64,000 bases of DNA from Bordetella parapertussis (lineage in GTDB: Bacteria > Acidobacteriota > Terriglobia > Bryobacterales > Bryobacteraceae): contig CALQCC020000014.1 of the NCBI GenBank assembly GCA_943328975.2, forward strand, positions 15,445 through 79,444, read 5' to 3'. Each line of letters begins with the position of its first letter. Position 1 is the stretch's first letter. A program made the translations under genes and the position numbers. Below the pieces are notes generated by a model, which saw only the letters and a list, made by a program, of their open reading frames with translations, did no database searches and was not told where the DNA came from. Below, piece by piece: positions 44,739-53,678 of the stretch.

Positions 44739-45212
44739 TCAGTCAGCAGCTTTTGCTTTGTACTTCACCATTCTAACTTCAGTGCCCGACGGATTCCGCC
44801 GGCCCACCTGAAACTCGTCCATGAACGCCTGCATCATCAGAACGCCGCGTCCGGACTGACGTAGCAGGTTTTCGTCGGCCAAAGGGTCCGGCAACTTGGC
44901 CGTATCGAATCCTTCGCCTTCATCTCCAATCGTAATTTCCAGCCGTTCTGGAGTATGCGATACGGAAAAATGAACTTTTTTGCGTGCGTTGTAGCGGTTT
45001 CCATGGACCACCGCATTCACCATACACTCCCGCAAGGAGATACCGATCTCGTGCTGTTCATCTTCGTCAAAGCCCATTTCCCGGGCTGTGCGCATGACGA
45101 TTTCTTCAGCATGATCCACACTCTCTAGAGTGGATTCGAGTTGCTCCTTTACCTCCGCTGGGGTATGTTTATCCGCCACAACGTGCTCCACGCGACGGCG
45201 CCAGCCAAACAC
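44739..45212 (-). CDS. Anti-sigma regulatory factor Ser/Thr kinase (RsbW/SpoIIAB-like, HATPase_c)
   Basis: N-box LRECMVNAVVHGN and G1 box IGDEGEGFD. 157 aa, directly upstream of the STAS gene. Confidence 0.85.
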   Translation of the reverse strand: MFGWRRRVEHVVADKHTPAEVKEQLESTLESVDHAEEIVMRTAREMGFDEDEQHEIGISLRECMVNAVVHGNRYNARKKVHFSVSHTPERLEITIGDEGEGFDTAKLPDPLADENLLRQSGRGVLMMQAFMDEFQVGRRNPSGTEVRMVKYKAKAAD

Positions 45213-45306
45213 AACAGGGCGCGTAAGCCGCGAGTTCAGTCGAATCGTTACGGTAAACTAGCGAAGGTTTGCTTGTCAAGCGCGAGAGATCCACGGTCCT
45301 CTTTTT

Positions 45307-45954
45307 TTACGCGGGCAGATAGTCAAGCAACGTCGAATAGAAAGACTTCACAAAATCAGTGGCCTGCTGCTCGGCAGCAGTCTCGTTGCGATCGATGATC
45401 GGGATGATCACGCGCACAAGTGCGGTGTCCGTGCGGTTGTAGCGAAGCGCATCCGCCATCACCCAAAACTTGGCCTTGAATTCACCGGCCACCGCCCGAT
45501 CGCGGGATTGGTACCAGTAGAGCACCAAGCTGCGACTGTCACCGTGGGCAATGATGTATCGGTTTACGGTGATAGGCTGGCCACGATTCACATCCACGGA
45601 AATTTCCCGGTCGTCCAGCGGCGTCCACCCCGACCCCGGCAAGCAATTCTTAGGGGAGTGAGGCGCCTTGCCCGTGCGCTGGGAACGAAACCCAGCCACA
45701 AACAGATTGGCTTGGGCATTATTCTTGACGTAGGTTCGGATCATGGTGTCGTCAGCCTTGAGGACATCCATGGTCTCTTTATCAACAAAACCTTCCGCGG
45801 CGAAACTCCATTGGCCCAGCGCCCGAGGCACTTCTGCCAGTGGCCGGCTGTCCGGAATGTTTTCTTCCCGGATGGAGCTATACAGGAGTCCACCCTGGAT
45901 AAGGAGCACCAAACTGGCCACGCGCACGGGCAAGGAATTCATGAACTTAAACAT
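45307..45954 (-). CDS. EpsI-family exosortase-associated protein
   Basis: N-terminal TM, ...LGQW.F..., YWYQSRDRAVAGEFKAKFWVMADAL..NRTDTALVRV is the typical EpsI pattern. 7 nt downstream of the exosortase. Confidence 0.85.
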   Translation of the reverse strand: MFKFMNSLPVRVASLVLLIQGGLLYSSIREENIPDSRPLAEVPRALGQWSFAAEGFVDKETMDVLKADDTMIRTYVKNNAQANLFVAGFRSQRTGKAPHSPKNCLPGSGWTPLDDREISVDVNRGQPITVNRYIIAHGDSRSLVLYWYQSRDRAVAGEFKAKFWVMADALRYNRTDTALVRVIIPIIDRNETAAEQQATDFVKSFYSTLLDYLPA

Positions 45955-45961
45955 AGAACCT

Positions 45962-46870
45962 CTACTCCGCTTCCGTCAGACTGGGTTGCTTCCGGATCCC
46001 ACAAACCCAATTGATGCCCCAATGGGTTAAGGCAAGGAACGCAAAGGCGATTCCAAAAATGACGAATCCTTCGGTTTCATGGAAGATGCCGGTCGCAAGA
46101 TCTGTATCAATCTCACTGAGGATGCCGGTAATCGTCACGCGGCCCGCGTTCGCGATGATCGCGATTGGAATGGTGCAAAAGAACAACGCCCACCGCATCC
46201 AGACCTTGCTATCGAAAAAGTAGGCATAGACCAAGGAAAGGAACGTCAGCATCAACAGACTGCGAATTCCGCTGCACGCCTCAGCCACAGACAACTTCTG
46301 GCTGGCCAACTCCAGAATGTTGCCGTCCCGCAACACCGGAATATTCATCAGCATAAGACAGAATTCGGCCACCTGACTGGCGAACAGCTGCAACGGAAAG
46401 GTGATTTGGTTGTAGATCACCGTTGGAATCGGGATCATGAACGGCAGCAGCAGCAGGGGGAATAGCAACGCTCGGATCACAGCGGTTCCGCCCATAATGA
46501 GCAGCAAACCGAGCAAAGCCTCCAGAAATGCAGTGCGCTGGAGGAACAATTCGGCGCCAAGCATTCCCAAGAAAGCCTGGATGCCGCTCCAAACCAGCAA
46601 GCCCAAACCCCACCAAGCCGGCTTCCAGTCCATGGCCATCAGGGCTTCGCGTCGCTGCCAAATGATGTAGCCGGAAACCAAGGGGACGAAAAAGCCGTGG
46701 CTCACGTCGTCATCGGTCATCCACTGGTCCACCAGCTTTCGCAGGATAGGGAAGTAAGCGGCAATGAGTAGCACTGCAAACCAACTTATGGCTACCCACG
46801 GAAGCGGACGAGCTTCCGCTGTAGATGCGGTTTGCTCGTGCAGTGGCTGTTGCTCAGTCAGCGCATCCAT
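45962..46870 (-). CDS. Exosortase (EpsH/Xrt family) polytopic membrane transpeptidase
   Basis: Multi-TM. Catalytic-type motifs AEACSGIRSL (Cys), IIANAGRV (Arg), IFHETEGF (His). Confidence 0.9.
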   Translation of the reverse strand: MDALTEQQPLHEQTASTAEARPLPWVAISWFAVLLIAAYFPILRKLVDQWMTDDDVSHGFFVPLVSGYIIWQRREALMAMDWKPAWWGLGLLVWSGIQAFLGMLGAELFLQRTAFLEALLGLLLIMGGTAVIRALLFPLLLLPFMIPIPTVIYNQITFPLQLFASQVAEFCLMLMNIPVLRDGNILELASQKLSVAEACSGIRSLLMLTFLSLVYAYFFDSKVWMRWALFFCTIPIAIIANAGRVTITGILSEIDTDLATGIFHETEGFVIFGIAFAFLALTHWGINWVCGIRKQPSLTEAE

Positions 46871-46931
46871 CGCTTAAGAAATCCTAGTCCTGGTTACAGC
46901 ATAGCGCGAGCTATCGGTCTGCGGGTTTAAG

Positions 46932-47309
46932 CTAGCTTGCTGCCCGGGTCTCATCATCGGCCCCGATTCGGTGGATGGTTTGCGCCATCAACCGACGCGG
47001 ATCCAAAAGATGCTGGGGGCGATAGCTGTTTTGAGACCAGCGCACACCCTCCTCAAATTCAATTCCGAGGAAATACCCAATGTCACGGAACACGCTGTAC
47101 TTAACGACGCCCTTCAGTTCCCCGCTGGGGTAGCTGATGTGTACCACCGTACCCAGCGGCACCGGGCGATCTACCTGTAGGCAGGCCCCCGAAAGGGAAA
47201 TATCCTCTAGGTTCGCGACTCCTCGCTTCTTGCGGCCATTCGAGTCCTTCCAGTGAAAATCCACTAGGTCGGCACAGAGCATGCGGGTTTCAATTCGGCG
47301 GTCTAACAT
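46932..47309 (-). CDS. PilZ domain protein (c-di-GMP receptor type)
   Basis: RRIETR ... NLEDISLSGACLQV ... GVVKYSV...GYFLGIEF. 125 aa, 61 nt upstream of the exosortase. Confidence 0.85.
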   Translation of the reverse strand: MLDRRIETRMLCADLVDFHWKDSNGRKKRGVANLEDISLSGACLQVDRPVPLGTVVHISYPSGELKGVVKYSVFRDIGYFLGIEFEEGVRWSQNSYRPQHLLDPRRLMAQTIHRIGADDETRAAS

Positions 47310-47473
47310 ATGCGTTCTATAGTTGTTATCGGTCTTGCGTTTCGCTTTGAGTAGTCCGCTTCCCTTAGGGGATTTTGCCCTACTTTAACGTAGGGGTCAG
47401 CCCAGCTTTTCCACAGGCCCTTCCCATAGGCCTTCCCCACGATTGGTACCATGTTTGAACACCCACGGCAACT

Positions 47474-47995
47474 ATGCACACGTTAGGAACAAATCTCCCT
47501 CAAGTTGTTTTGTTCTGTGTATTTGCACTGTGGCTACCGTGGCAAAAAGGGATTTCCTTTCTGGACCCGGTCGTCCTCGGCGCTTACGCTTCGCTTGGTG
47601 TGGTCTTCGCCGCGCCGGCGGTCGCTTCGGGAATTTCTGTATTCAAGGCCGTCCGCGATGGCTTGGGCCTTAGTTGGGCCATGCTGGCGATCGGCATCGC
47701 GACCGTCTATTTCACCCGACCAGTAGTCGTTGGCCCAAATCTGGAAAGCCTCGCGGAATGCGGATTATTCGGATTGGCCCTGTCCGCAGCGGTGAGTTCC
47801 ATCGTGGCGTTCGCCGCAGCGCTCACCTCGGGCTCTATCGCCAAGATTGTGGCCCGCTTGCTGTTACTAGCGCTGTTGGCCCTGTTCTTCTTCCGGTCCG
47901 GCTGGCTACCCGATGTAGCATTAGTGGGTGCAGGGGTCTGCCTGGGAATCGCCGGGATCTTCCTGCTTCTGCTCCGCCGCCAAGCCACGCCGTGA
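47474..47995 (+). CDS. Polytopic membrane protein of unknown function
   Basis: 173 aa with about 5 hydrophobic helices. The stop overlaps the GTG of the next gene (GTGA). Confidence 0.65.
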   Translation: MHTLGTNLPQVVLFCVFALWLPWQKGISFLDPVVLGAYASLGVVFAAPAVASGISVFKAVRDGLGLSWAMLAIGIATVYFTRPVVVGPNLESLAECGLFGLALSAAVSSIVAFAAALTSGSIAKIVARLLLLALLALFFFRSGWLPDVALVGAGVCLGIAGIFLLLLRRQATP

Positions 47996-48798
47996 ACGAT
48001 AAACGACAAAACGAACCCAAGCCGACCGGCCTCGACATCCTTCTCCGTCTGGGGGGATTTGCGGTGGTGGCCTTCTTCGTTTTGATCGCTGCATCGGGAT
48101 CGATGCCGCAACTGGACACGGTGACGCGATCCACCCTCTCCGTCTTCGCCGCAGGAGTTGTGGCGAACCTGCTGCTTACTCTTAAGTTCGAGCACGGACG
48201 ATTGTCGGACGTTGGCTTGAGCTGGGAGCCCAGCGTGTTACGGAACTTGGCCAGTGGCCTGGCGCTGGGAGCGGGCTCGGTACTCCTCTTGGTGCTGGGC
48301 GCCGTACTCTCTGGCCTGGCGCAGTTTGAATCCGCTGGTATCGAAAAGTCCGCCCTGTGGATTGCCGTGCTGTTACTGGTGGGCGTATTCGGCGAAGAAC
48401 TGGTCTTCCGCGGCTACCCATTTCAATACATGGTCCGTAAATGGAATCAGCCGGTGACCGTAGTCGGGTCGAGCCTTCTATTCGGGCTCGCTCACCTCTC
48501 CAACCACAACGTCCAATTCCTGGGCGCGGCCAATACCGCGCTCTGGGGAGGCCTCCTGGGCTACGCCTACGCTCGCACGCGGAGCCTCTGGCTTCCCGCC
48601 GGACTGCACTTCGGCTGGAACATCGCGCTGGCCCTCTGCACCTCCAACATGAGCGGCATTACAATAAGGGCAACGGCGTGGAGCCTGCACTGGTCGGCCG
48701 GTGAGTTGTGGAGCGGCGGCGCATATGGACTCGAAGGCGGCCTACTAGCGACCTTCGCGGCCCTGCCCGTGTTTTTGTTCGTGCGGCGAATGAGGTGA
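47992..48798 (+). CDS. CPBP-family intramembrane glutamic endopeptidase (CAAX protease/Abi type)
   Basis: EELVFRG, FGLAHL and HFGWN motifs. The putative GTG start at 47992 is in frame. The 106-codon upstream part of the track ORF overlaps 47474..47995 off-frame and is rejected. Confidence 0.8.
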   Translation: MNDKRQNEPKPTGLDILLRLGGFAVVAFFVLIAASGSMPQLDTVTRSTLSVFAAGVVANLLLTLKFEHGRLSDVGLSWEPSVLRNLASGLALGAGSVLLLVLGAVLSGLAQFESAGIEKSALWIAVLLLVGVFGEELVFRGYPFQYMVRKWNQPVTVVGSSLLFGLAHLSNHNVQFLGAANTALWGGLLGYAYARTRSLWLPAGLHFGWNIALALCTSNMSGITIRATAWSLHWSAGELWSGGAYGLEGGLLATFAALPVFLFVRRMR

Positions 48799-48802
48799 CG
48801 GT

Positions 48803-49594
48803 ATGTTGCGGTTCTCATTTTCGATTCTCGCGATTTGCCTGATGGCGGCTAGCCTCCAGGCCGATACGAAGAAGCTCACGCTGGAACAACGCCGCGAACT
48901 CGTGCGCGGGCTGACCGCCGAATGGGCCACCGCAAAGATCGTGCTCCCCATGTCGAAGAAAGCTCTGCCCTTCGATTCCCTCGGCGGGTGGGACGAAGAA
49001 GCCTGGCGCAATGAGAACTACAGAAACGGTCCCGCGGCGCGTCCCGGCGACATGGTGCAGATCACCAAAGTGGATGTCGGCGACGACAAGATCAAGATCG
49101 AAATCAACGACGGCTCGAAAAAAGGCTCCTTCTGGGACCGCGTGCAAATCGGCACGGGGAATCAGACCGCGCCCGTAACGCGTCCCAAGACCAATGCCAT
49201 GGCGGGAGCCAGCATTGAGATCAGTTTCCCCGACACAATTGGCGACATTGATTCCGCAGGCGTGAAGAAGATCCTGGCCAAAGTGTTGGACTTCGATAAA
49301 CACACCGCGATTGAAAGCTACATCGATTCGCTGCCGGAACCGATTCGCGAAGCCATCAAGGCCCAGAAGGTCATCGTCGGCATGGACAAGGAGCAAGTCC
49401 TCATGGCTGCCGGGACTCCCGTACGCAAAGTGCGCGAGACCAAAGAGGACGTGGACTACGAAGATTGGATTTACGGGAAGCAGCCCGGCATCATCCGCTT
49501 CGTGAAATTCGCGGGTGCAAAGGTAGCTAGCGTAGATGAATTCTATGCTGGGATCAACGGCAGCACGGCGGATAACTCCGGCCCCATCAAGTAG
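48803..49594 (+). CDS. Exported hypothetical protein with a BamE/SmpA_OmlA-like C-terminal segment
   Basis: Signal peptide [20 protein letters not shown] and a K/E/D-rich body. C-terminal [20 protein letters not shown]...EDWIYG. The antisense 288-aa ORF is rejected. Confidence 0.7.
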   Translation: MLRFSFSILAICLMAASLQADTKKLTLEQRRELVRGLTAEWATAKIVLPMSKKALPFDSLGGWDEEAWRNENYRNGPAARPGDMVQITKVDVGDDKIKIEINDGSKKGSFWDRVQIGTGNQTAPVTRPKTNAMAGASIEISFPDTIGDIDSAGVKKILAKVLDFDKHTAIESYIDSLPEPIREAIKAQKVIVGMDKEQVLMAAGTPVRKVRETKEDVDYEDWIYGKQPGIIRFVKFAGAKVASVDEFYAGINGSTADNSGPIK

Positions 49595-49646
49595 CGGCCC
49601 GATACCGCTTTTATTTGCGGGGGCGCTCTCTGGTAAACTCGACAAC

Positions 49647-50669
49647 ATGAGTGTCCCGACGGCTGTAGCTGGTTCCATCAATATCGAAAAGGATCTTTTA
49701 GGCGATTTCGTTCACGTTGTGGAACGGGCTGCCATCGCATCGGCGCGCACTATGGGCCAAGGCGATGCCGAGGCAGCGGACCAAGCTGCCGTCCAGGCGA
49801 TGCGCAAGGCGTTTGAAGGCGTTCGCATGGCCGGCACCATCGTCATCGGCGAAGGCGAACGCGACGAGGCTCCGATGCTGTACATCGGCGAGCCGGTAGG
49901 CGCACCTGCTCCCGACGGCGTGCAGTATCCGCGCGTGGATATCGCAGTGGATCCGCTGGAAGGCACCAACCTCTGCGCAACAGGTGCACCGAATTCTATC
50001 TGCGTGATGGCCGCTGCTGAACCCGGCGGCTTGCTGCACGCACCCGACTGCTACATGGACAAGATCGTGGCTGGCCCTGCCTGCCGTGACGCGCTGGATA
50101 TCGAAGCTCCGGTGAAATACAACTTGAAGGCCATTGCGCGTTGCCTCGATCGCCGCGTGACGGACCTCGTGATCATGGTTCTGGACCGTCCGCGCCATCA
50201 GGATCTGATTTCTGAGATCCGAGCCGCGGGCGCGCGCATCCGCCTGATCTCGGATGGCGATCTCTCGGCTGGCATTGCGGCCTCGGTTCGTGGAGCGGCT
50301 GTGCATGCCGTGTTCGGAACCGGCGGCGCTCCGGAAGGCGTGCTCACCGCCGCTGCGTTGCGTTGCTTGTCCGGCGAGATGGTCGCGCGGTTGGTGGTCA
50401 ACACCAAGCAGCTCGAAGAACGCGTGGAACGCATGGGCATTAAGGACCCGAAGCGCATCTACTCCGCGAAGGATCTTGCTCCCGGCAATCAAATCGTGTT
50501 CGCCGCGACCGGCGTCACCACCGGCGCGCTGCTCACCGGCGTCCGCTTCTTCGGACAAGGCTGCCGCACGCACACCCTCGCGATGACGTATGGTTCGAAG
50601 CAAGTGCGGTTCGTGGATACCGTCCACATGACCGACGAACCGGGTCCGCGCGGCGTTCGGTTGTATTGA
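49647..50669 (+). CDS. glpX: Class II fructose-1,6-bisphosphatase
   Basis: ATG at 49647. ...[16 protein letters not shown]...AAVQAMR..., [24 protein letters not shown] and [10 protein letters not shown] are GlpX blocks. Confidence 0.9.
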   Translation: MSVPTAVAGSINIEKDLLGDFVHVVERAAIASARTMGQGDAEAADQAAVQAMRKAFEGVRMAGTIVIGEGERDEAPMLYIGEPVGAPAPDGVQYPRVDIAVDPLEGTNLCATGAPNSICVMAAAEPGGLLHAPDCYMDKIVAGPACRDALDIEAPVKYNLKAIARCLDRRVTDLVIMVLDRPRHQDLISEIRAAGARIRLISDGDLSAGIAASVRGAAVHAVFGTGGAPEGVLTAAALRCLSGEMVARLVVNTKQLEERVERMGIKDPKRIYSAKDLAPGNQIVFAATGVTTGALLTGVRFFGQGCRTHTLAMTYGSKQVRFVDTVHMTDEPGPRGVRLY

Positions 50670-50695
50670 GAATTATTCCGCTATCCTGAGACTAG

Positions 50696-50968
50696 TTGGG
50701 CATGAGCGACACACAGATACTTACGATCGTGCTGGCCACCGTGCCCAACATCATCGCCGTGCTGGCTGGGATATTGATCAATAACTCCCGTATGACGGAC
50801 ATGAAGGGCGACATGAACACCCGCTTCTTGGAGTTGCGGACGCACATGGATGCCCGTTTCAACGCCGTCGACCACAGGTTTGACGACATGAAGGATACTT
50901 GGCGAGCGGAGTTACACCGCGTCGAGGAAGTCCTGGATGCTCGACTAAAGCACCTCGAAGAGCGCTAG
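50696..50968 (+). CDS. Small membrane-anchored coiled-coil protein (hypothetical)
   Basis: 90 aa. N-terminal TM ILTIVLATVPNIIAVLAGILI, then heptad-like MNTRFLELRTHMDARFNAVDHRFDDMKDTWRAEL. Confidence 0.5.
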   Translation: MGMSDTQILTIVLATVPNIIAVLAGILINNSRMTDMKGDMNTRFLELRTHMDARFNAVDHRFDDMKDTWRAELHRVEEVLDARLKHLEER

Positions 50969-52299
50969 CGCTCCAGCACTGGCAGCAATAGACGAGCTTC
51001 GCAGCCTTTGCCTTCGGGGCGATTGCGCAGTTCCAGCGATCCGCCGTGGGCTTCCACTATTTGGCGGCTTAGCACCAGACCGATTCCCGACCCTCCTGGC
51101 TTCGTTGTGAAGAACGGCACGAATAAGTTCGCCGTGTTCGCAATGCCGGGGCCTTCATCTGCAACGACGATTTCCACGTGACTACCCGACTTGCGCCAAC
51201 CGACGGTCACCTTGCCCAAGGTTTCGAGCGACGCATCGGCGGCGTTCCGCAAGAGGTTGATGAGGACCTGCTCCAGCTGTACGCGGTCGCCTTGGATCAT
51301 GACCTCGGGACCGGGCTCGACAATGGACTGGATACGGCTTTCCAACACGATCGTCTGTCGAATCCAATCGCCTACGTTCATCGGCGCCAAGTGCGGGGGC
51401 GGCAGCTTCGCGAGCAACGTGTAGGCTTCCAGAAAACGGCTGAGCCCACTACTACGCGAAGCGATGATAGAGAGACCACGGCGAGTGTCGTCGCGCCAGT
51501 CTTCGGGCAACGGATCTTTCGCCACCAATGTTTCCAGACTCCCGGCAATGGACTTGATCGGTGCAAGCGAGTTATTGAACTCGTGTCCGAGCACTCGAAC
51601 CAAACCTTGCCACGCTTTCAATTCTTCTTCTCGCAGCGCACGAGTGAGGTCGCTGACGACTATGAGTTGGTGCGGCAATCCGCCTTCGCGGAACGGCGTT
51701 CGCGTGATGGACCAGCGGCCCGCGCCGATCGCGAAGGTGCGCTGCACTGTCCGGGTCGTCTCTCCTTCAAGATACTCTCCGAGTCCAAGCGACGAGGCAT
51801 CTGCCGCCATCATGCGCTCCACTGGTTGACCGAGCAGCCGTTCGCCGGCGCGATTCACCAAGCGGAGACGATGCGTTTCATCGAAGGCGAAGATGGCGAC
51901 GTCAATCTCTTCCATCACCTTCCGCAAGAGCGTGGTCGCTTCCATCGCTCCCAGGCGTTGCTCGCGCAAGGTTGTGCCCATTGCGTTCACCTGCTGCATC
52001 ACGTCACCGAGCGCATCTTCGCCATCTTCGTGCGCGCCGCGAATCGAATAGTCGCCTTCGCGCATGGCTTCCAGCAGGTTCGCTAACGTTCGCAGCGGCG
52101 AGGCGACACGTTGCTGGATGACTGCGGCACAGAACCACCACACGCCCACGATGACCAAGGTGAGCGTCCAACGCAGGCTCTCGCCCACGCTTGCTGCAGT
52201 CCACAGGAAATAGATCGCCACCACGACTCCGGGGAAACCAGCGGCTAGCGCCCATAGGAGCATGCGCTGCTCATGCGCGGGCTTACCGAAAAGACTCAC
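50965..52299 (-). CDS. Sensor histidine kinase (2 TM, HAMP, PAS, HisKA, HATPase_c; NtrY-like)
   Basis: H-box VLGHEFNNSLAPI, N-box LINLLRNAADA, G-boxes DEGPGI / GGSGIGL. The ATGA overlaps the regulator gene. Confidence 0.9.
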   Translation of the reverse strand: MSLFGKPAHEQRMLLWALAAGFPGVVVAIYFLWTAASVGESLRWTLTLVIVGVWWFCAAVIQQRVASPLRTLANLLEAMREGDYSIRGAHEDGEDALGDVMQQVNAMGTTLREQRLGAMEATTLLRKVMEEIDVAIFAFDETHRLRLVNRAGERLLGQPVERMMAADASSLGLGEYLEGETTRTVQRTFAIGAGRWSITRTPFREGGLPHQLIVVSDLTRALREEELKAWQGLVRVLGHEFNNSLAPIKSIAGSLETLVAKDPLPEDWRDDTRRGLSIIASRSSGLSRFLEAYTLLAKLPPPHLAPMNVGDWIRQTIVLESRIQSIVEPGPEVMIQGDRVQLEQVLINLLRNAADASLETLGKVTVGWRKSGSHVEIVVADEGPGIANTANLFVPFFTTKPGGSGIGLVLSRQIVEAHGGSLELRNRPEGKGCEARLLLPVLER

Positions 52300-53654
52300 A
52301 GCCCGTAGCGCTGCAAGCGCCGGTAGAGCGCACTGCGGCTCAAGCCGAGCGCACTGGCCGCGTGGCTGACGTTGCCGTTATGTTTGGACAACGCCTTCTT
52401 GATAAGGAAGACTTCAACGTCTTCGAGGCTCATGTCGTCGAGTCGGGCGGTGCCGGACCCGGAAGCTCGCAACGCCAGATCTTGGGGACGGATCAGCGAC
52501 TCCTGCGCCATCAACACGGCGCGTTCGACAACGTGATTCAGTTCGCGCACGTTGCCTTGCCAGGGATGATCCAGCAGGGCTTGCATGGCCGCTTGATCGA
52601 AACCCTGCAGCTGTTTTCGATAGCGCCGCGCGTGCGTTTTTAGAAAGTATGCGGCCAAGGCGCCGATGTCCGCACGGCGTTCGCGTAAAGGCGGCAGATG
52701 AATCTCGATAGTGTTCAGCCGAAACAGCAGGTCGTCGCGAAACCGACCGGCCGCGACCTCTTCAGGAAGATTCGCATTGCTAGCGGAAATCACGCGCGCG
52801 TCGACCTTCTTGGTCTTTGAGGATCCAACGCGCTCCATCTCGCCGATTTCCAGGACGCGCAGCAGCTTCGCCTGCAGATTCAGCGGGACGTTCGCGATCT
52901 CATCTAGGAACAGCGTGCCGCCATCCGCAAGTTCGAAGCGTCCGACGCGATCCGCCTTCGCATCGGTGAAGGCGCCACGCACGTGCCCGAACAACTCGCT
53001 CTCAAACACACCTTCCGCGAGCCCGCCCGCGTTCACTGTGACCATCGGGCGACCCGAACGGCGCGACACCGCGTGCAATGTGCGCGCGACCACTTCTTTG
53101 CCCGAGCCCGGCTCGCCGGTGATCAAAACGTTTGCATCCGACGGACCCACGCGAGAGATCAACTCCAGCACCGGCTGCATCGCGGCCGATTCCGCAATCA
53201 AGGTCGGTCCACCGTCGGACCGCAGCAGCCGGTTCTCTGCTTCCAGTCGCTGACTGCGTTTCAGTGCCGTGCTCAGCTCCACCTGCGTTCGCAGGATGCT
53301 CAGCAGCCGAGCATTCTCCCACGGCTTCTGCACGAAGTCGCGAGCCCCGCGCCGCATGGCTTCGACCGCGAGTTCCACCGTGCTCCACGCCGTCATCACG
53401 ACGACGGCAAGGGTAGGATCGATGGCCTGAATCCGCGCGAGCAAGTCGAGTCCCTCTTGACCGCTGGTGGTGTCGCGCGTGTAGTTGAGGTCCATCAGGA
53501 CCACGTCGAAGTCGCCGGCTTCCAGCGCCGCGACCGCGCCCGCCGGAGAATTCGCGGACTCAATGCGAAAGCCCTCGCCTTTGAGTAACAGGCGCAACGC
53601 TTCCAGAACATCGCTCTGATCGTCGGTGATGAGAATGCGCCCTGCGGTATTCAA
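52296..53654 (-). CDS. Sigma54-dependent response regulator (NtrC/PilR-like: REC, AAA+, Fis HTH)
   Basis: ILITDDQSDVLEAL...VVLMDLNY, GEPGSGKEVVAR, GAFTDA, ESELFGH, C-terminal GNVSHAASALGLSRSALYRRLQRYG. Confidence 0.9.
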   Translation of the reverse strand: MNTAGRILITDDQSDVLEALRLLLKGEGFRIESANSPAGAVAALEAGDFDVVLMDLNYTRDTTSGQEGLDLLARIQAIDPTLAVVVMTAWSTVELAVEAMRRGARDFVQKPWENARLLSILRTQVELSTALKRSQRLEAENRLLRSDGGPTLIAESAAMQPVLELISRVGPSDANVLITGEPGSGKEVVARTLHAVSRRSGRPMVTVNAGGLAEGVFESELFGHVRGAFTDAKADRVGRFELADGGTLFLDEIANVPLNLQAKLLRVLEIGEMERVGSSKTKKVDARVISASNANLPEEVAAGRFRDDLLFRLNTIEIHLPPLRERRADIGALAAYFLKTHARRYRKQLQGFDQAAMQALLDHPWQGNVRELNHVVERAVLMAQESLIRPQDLALRASGSGTARLDDMSLEDVEVFLIKKALSKHNGNVSHAASALGLSRSALYRRLQRYGL

Positions 53655-53678
53655 GACGGGTTGTCGCTCTGTCTTAGT

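Noticed and set aside
47674-47991. The 106-codon N-terminal extension of the CPBP protease ORF. Similar Arg-rich N-terminal extensions occur in the track ORFs at 3425..3520, 38336..38464, 28956..29132 and 16019..16384.
   Set aside because: The extensions overlap neighbouring genes or are Arg/Pro-rich without features. Internal starts with an RBS or with stop/start coupling give canonical N-termini (signal peptides or family-typical starts).
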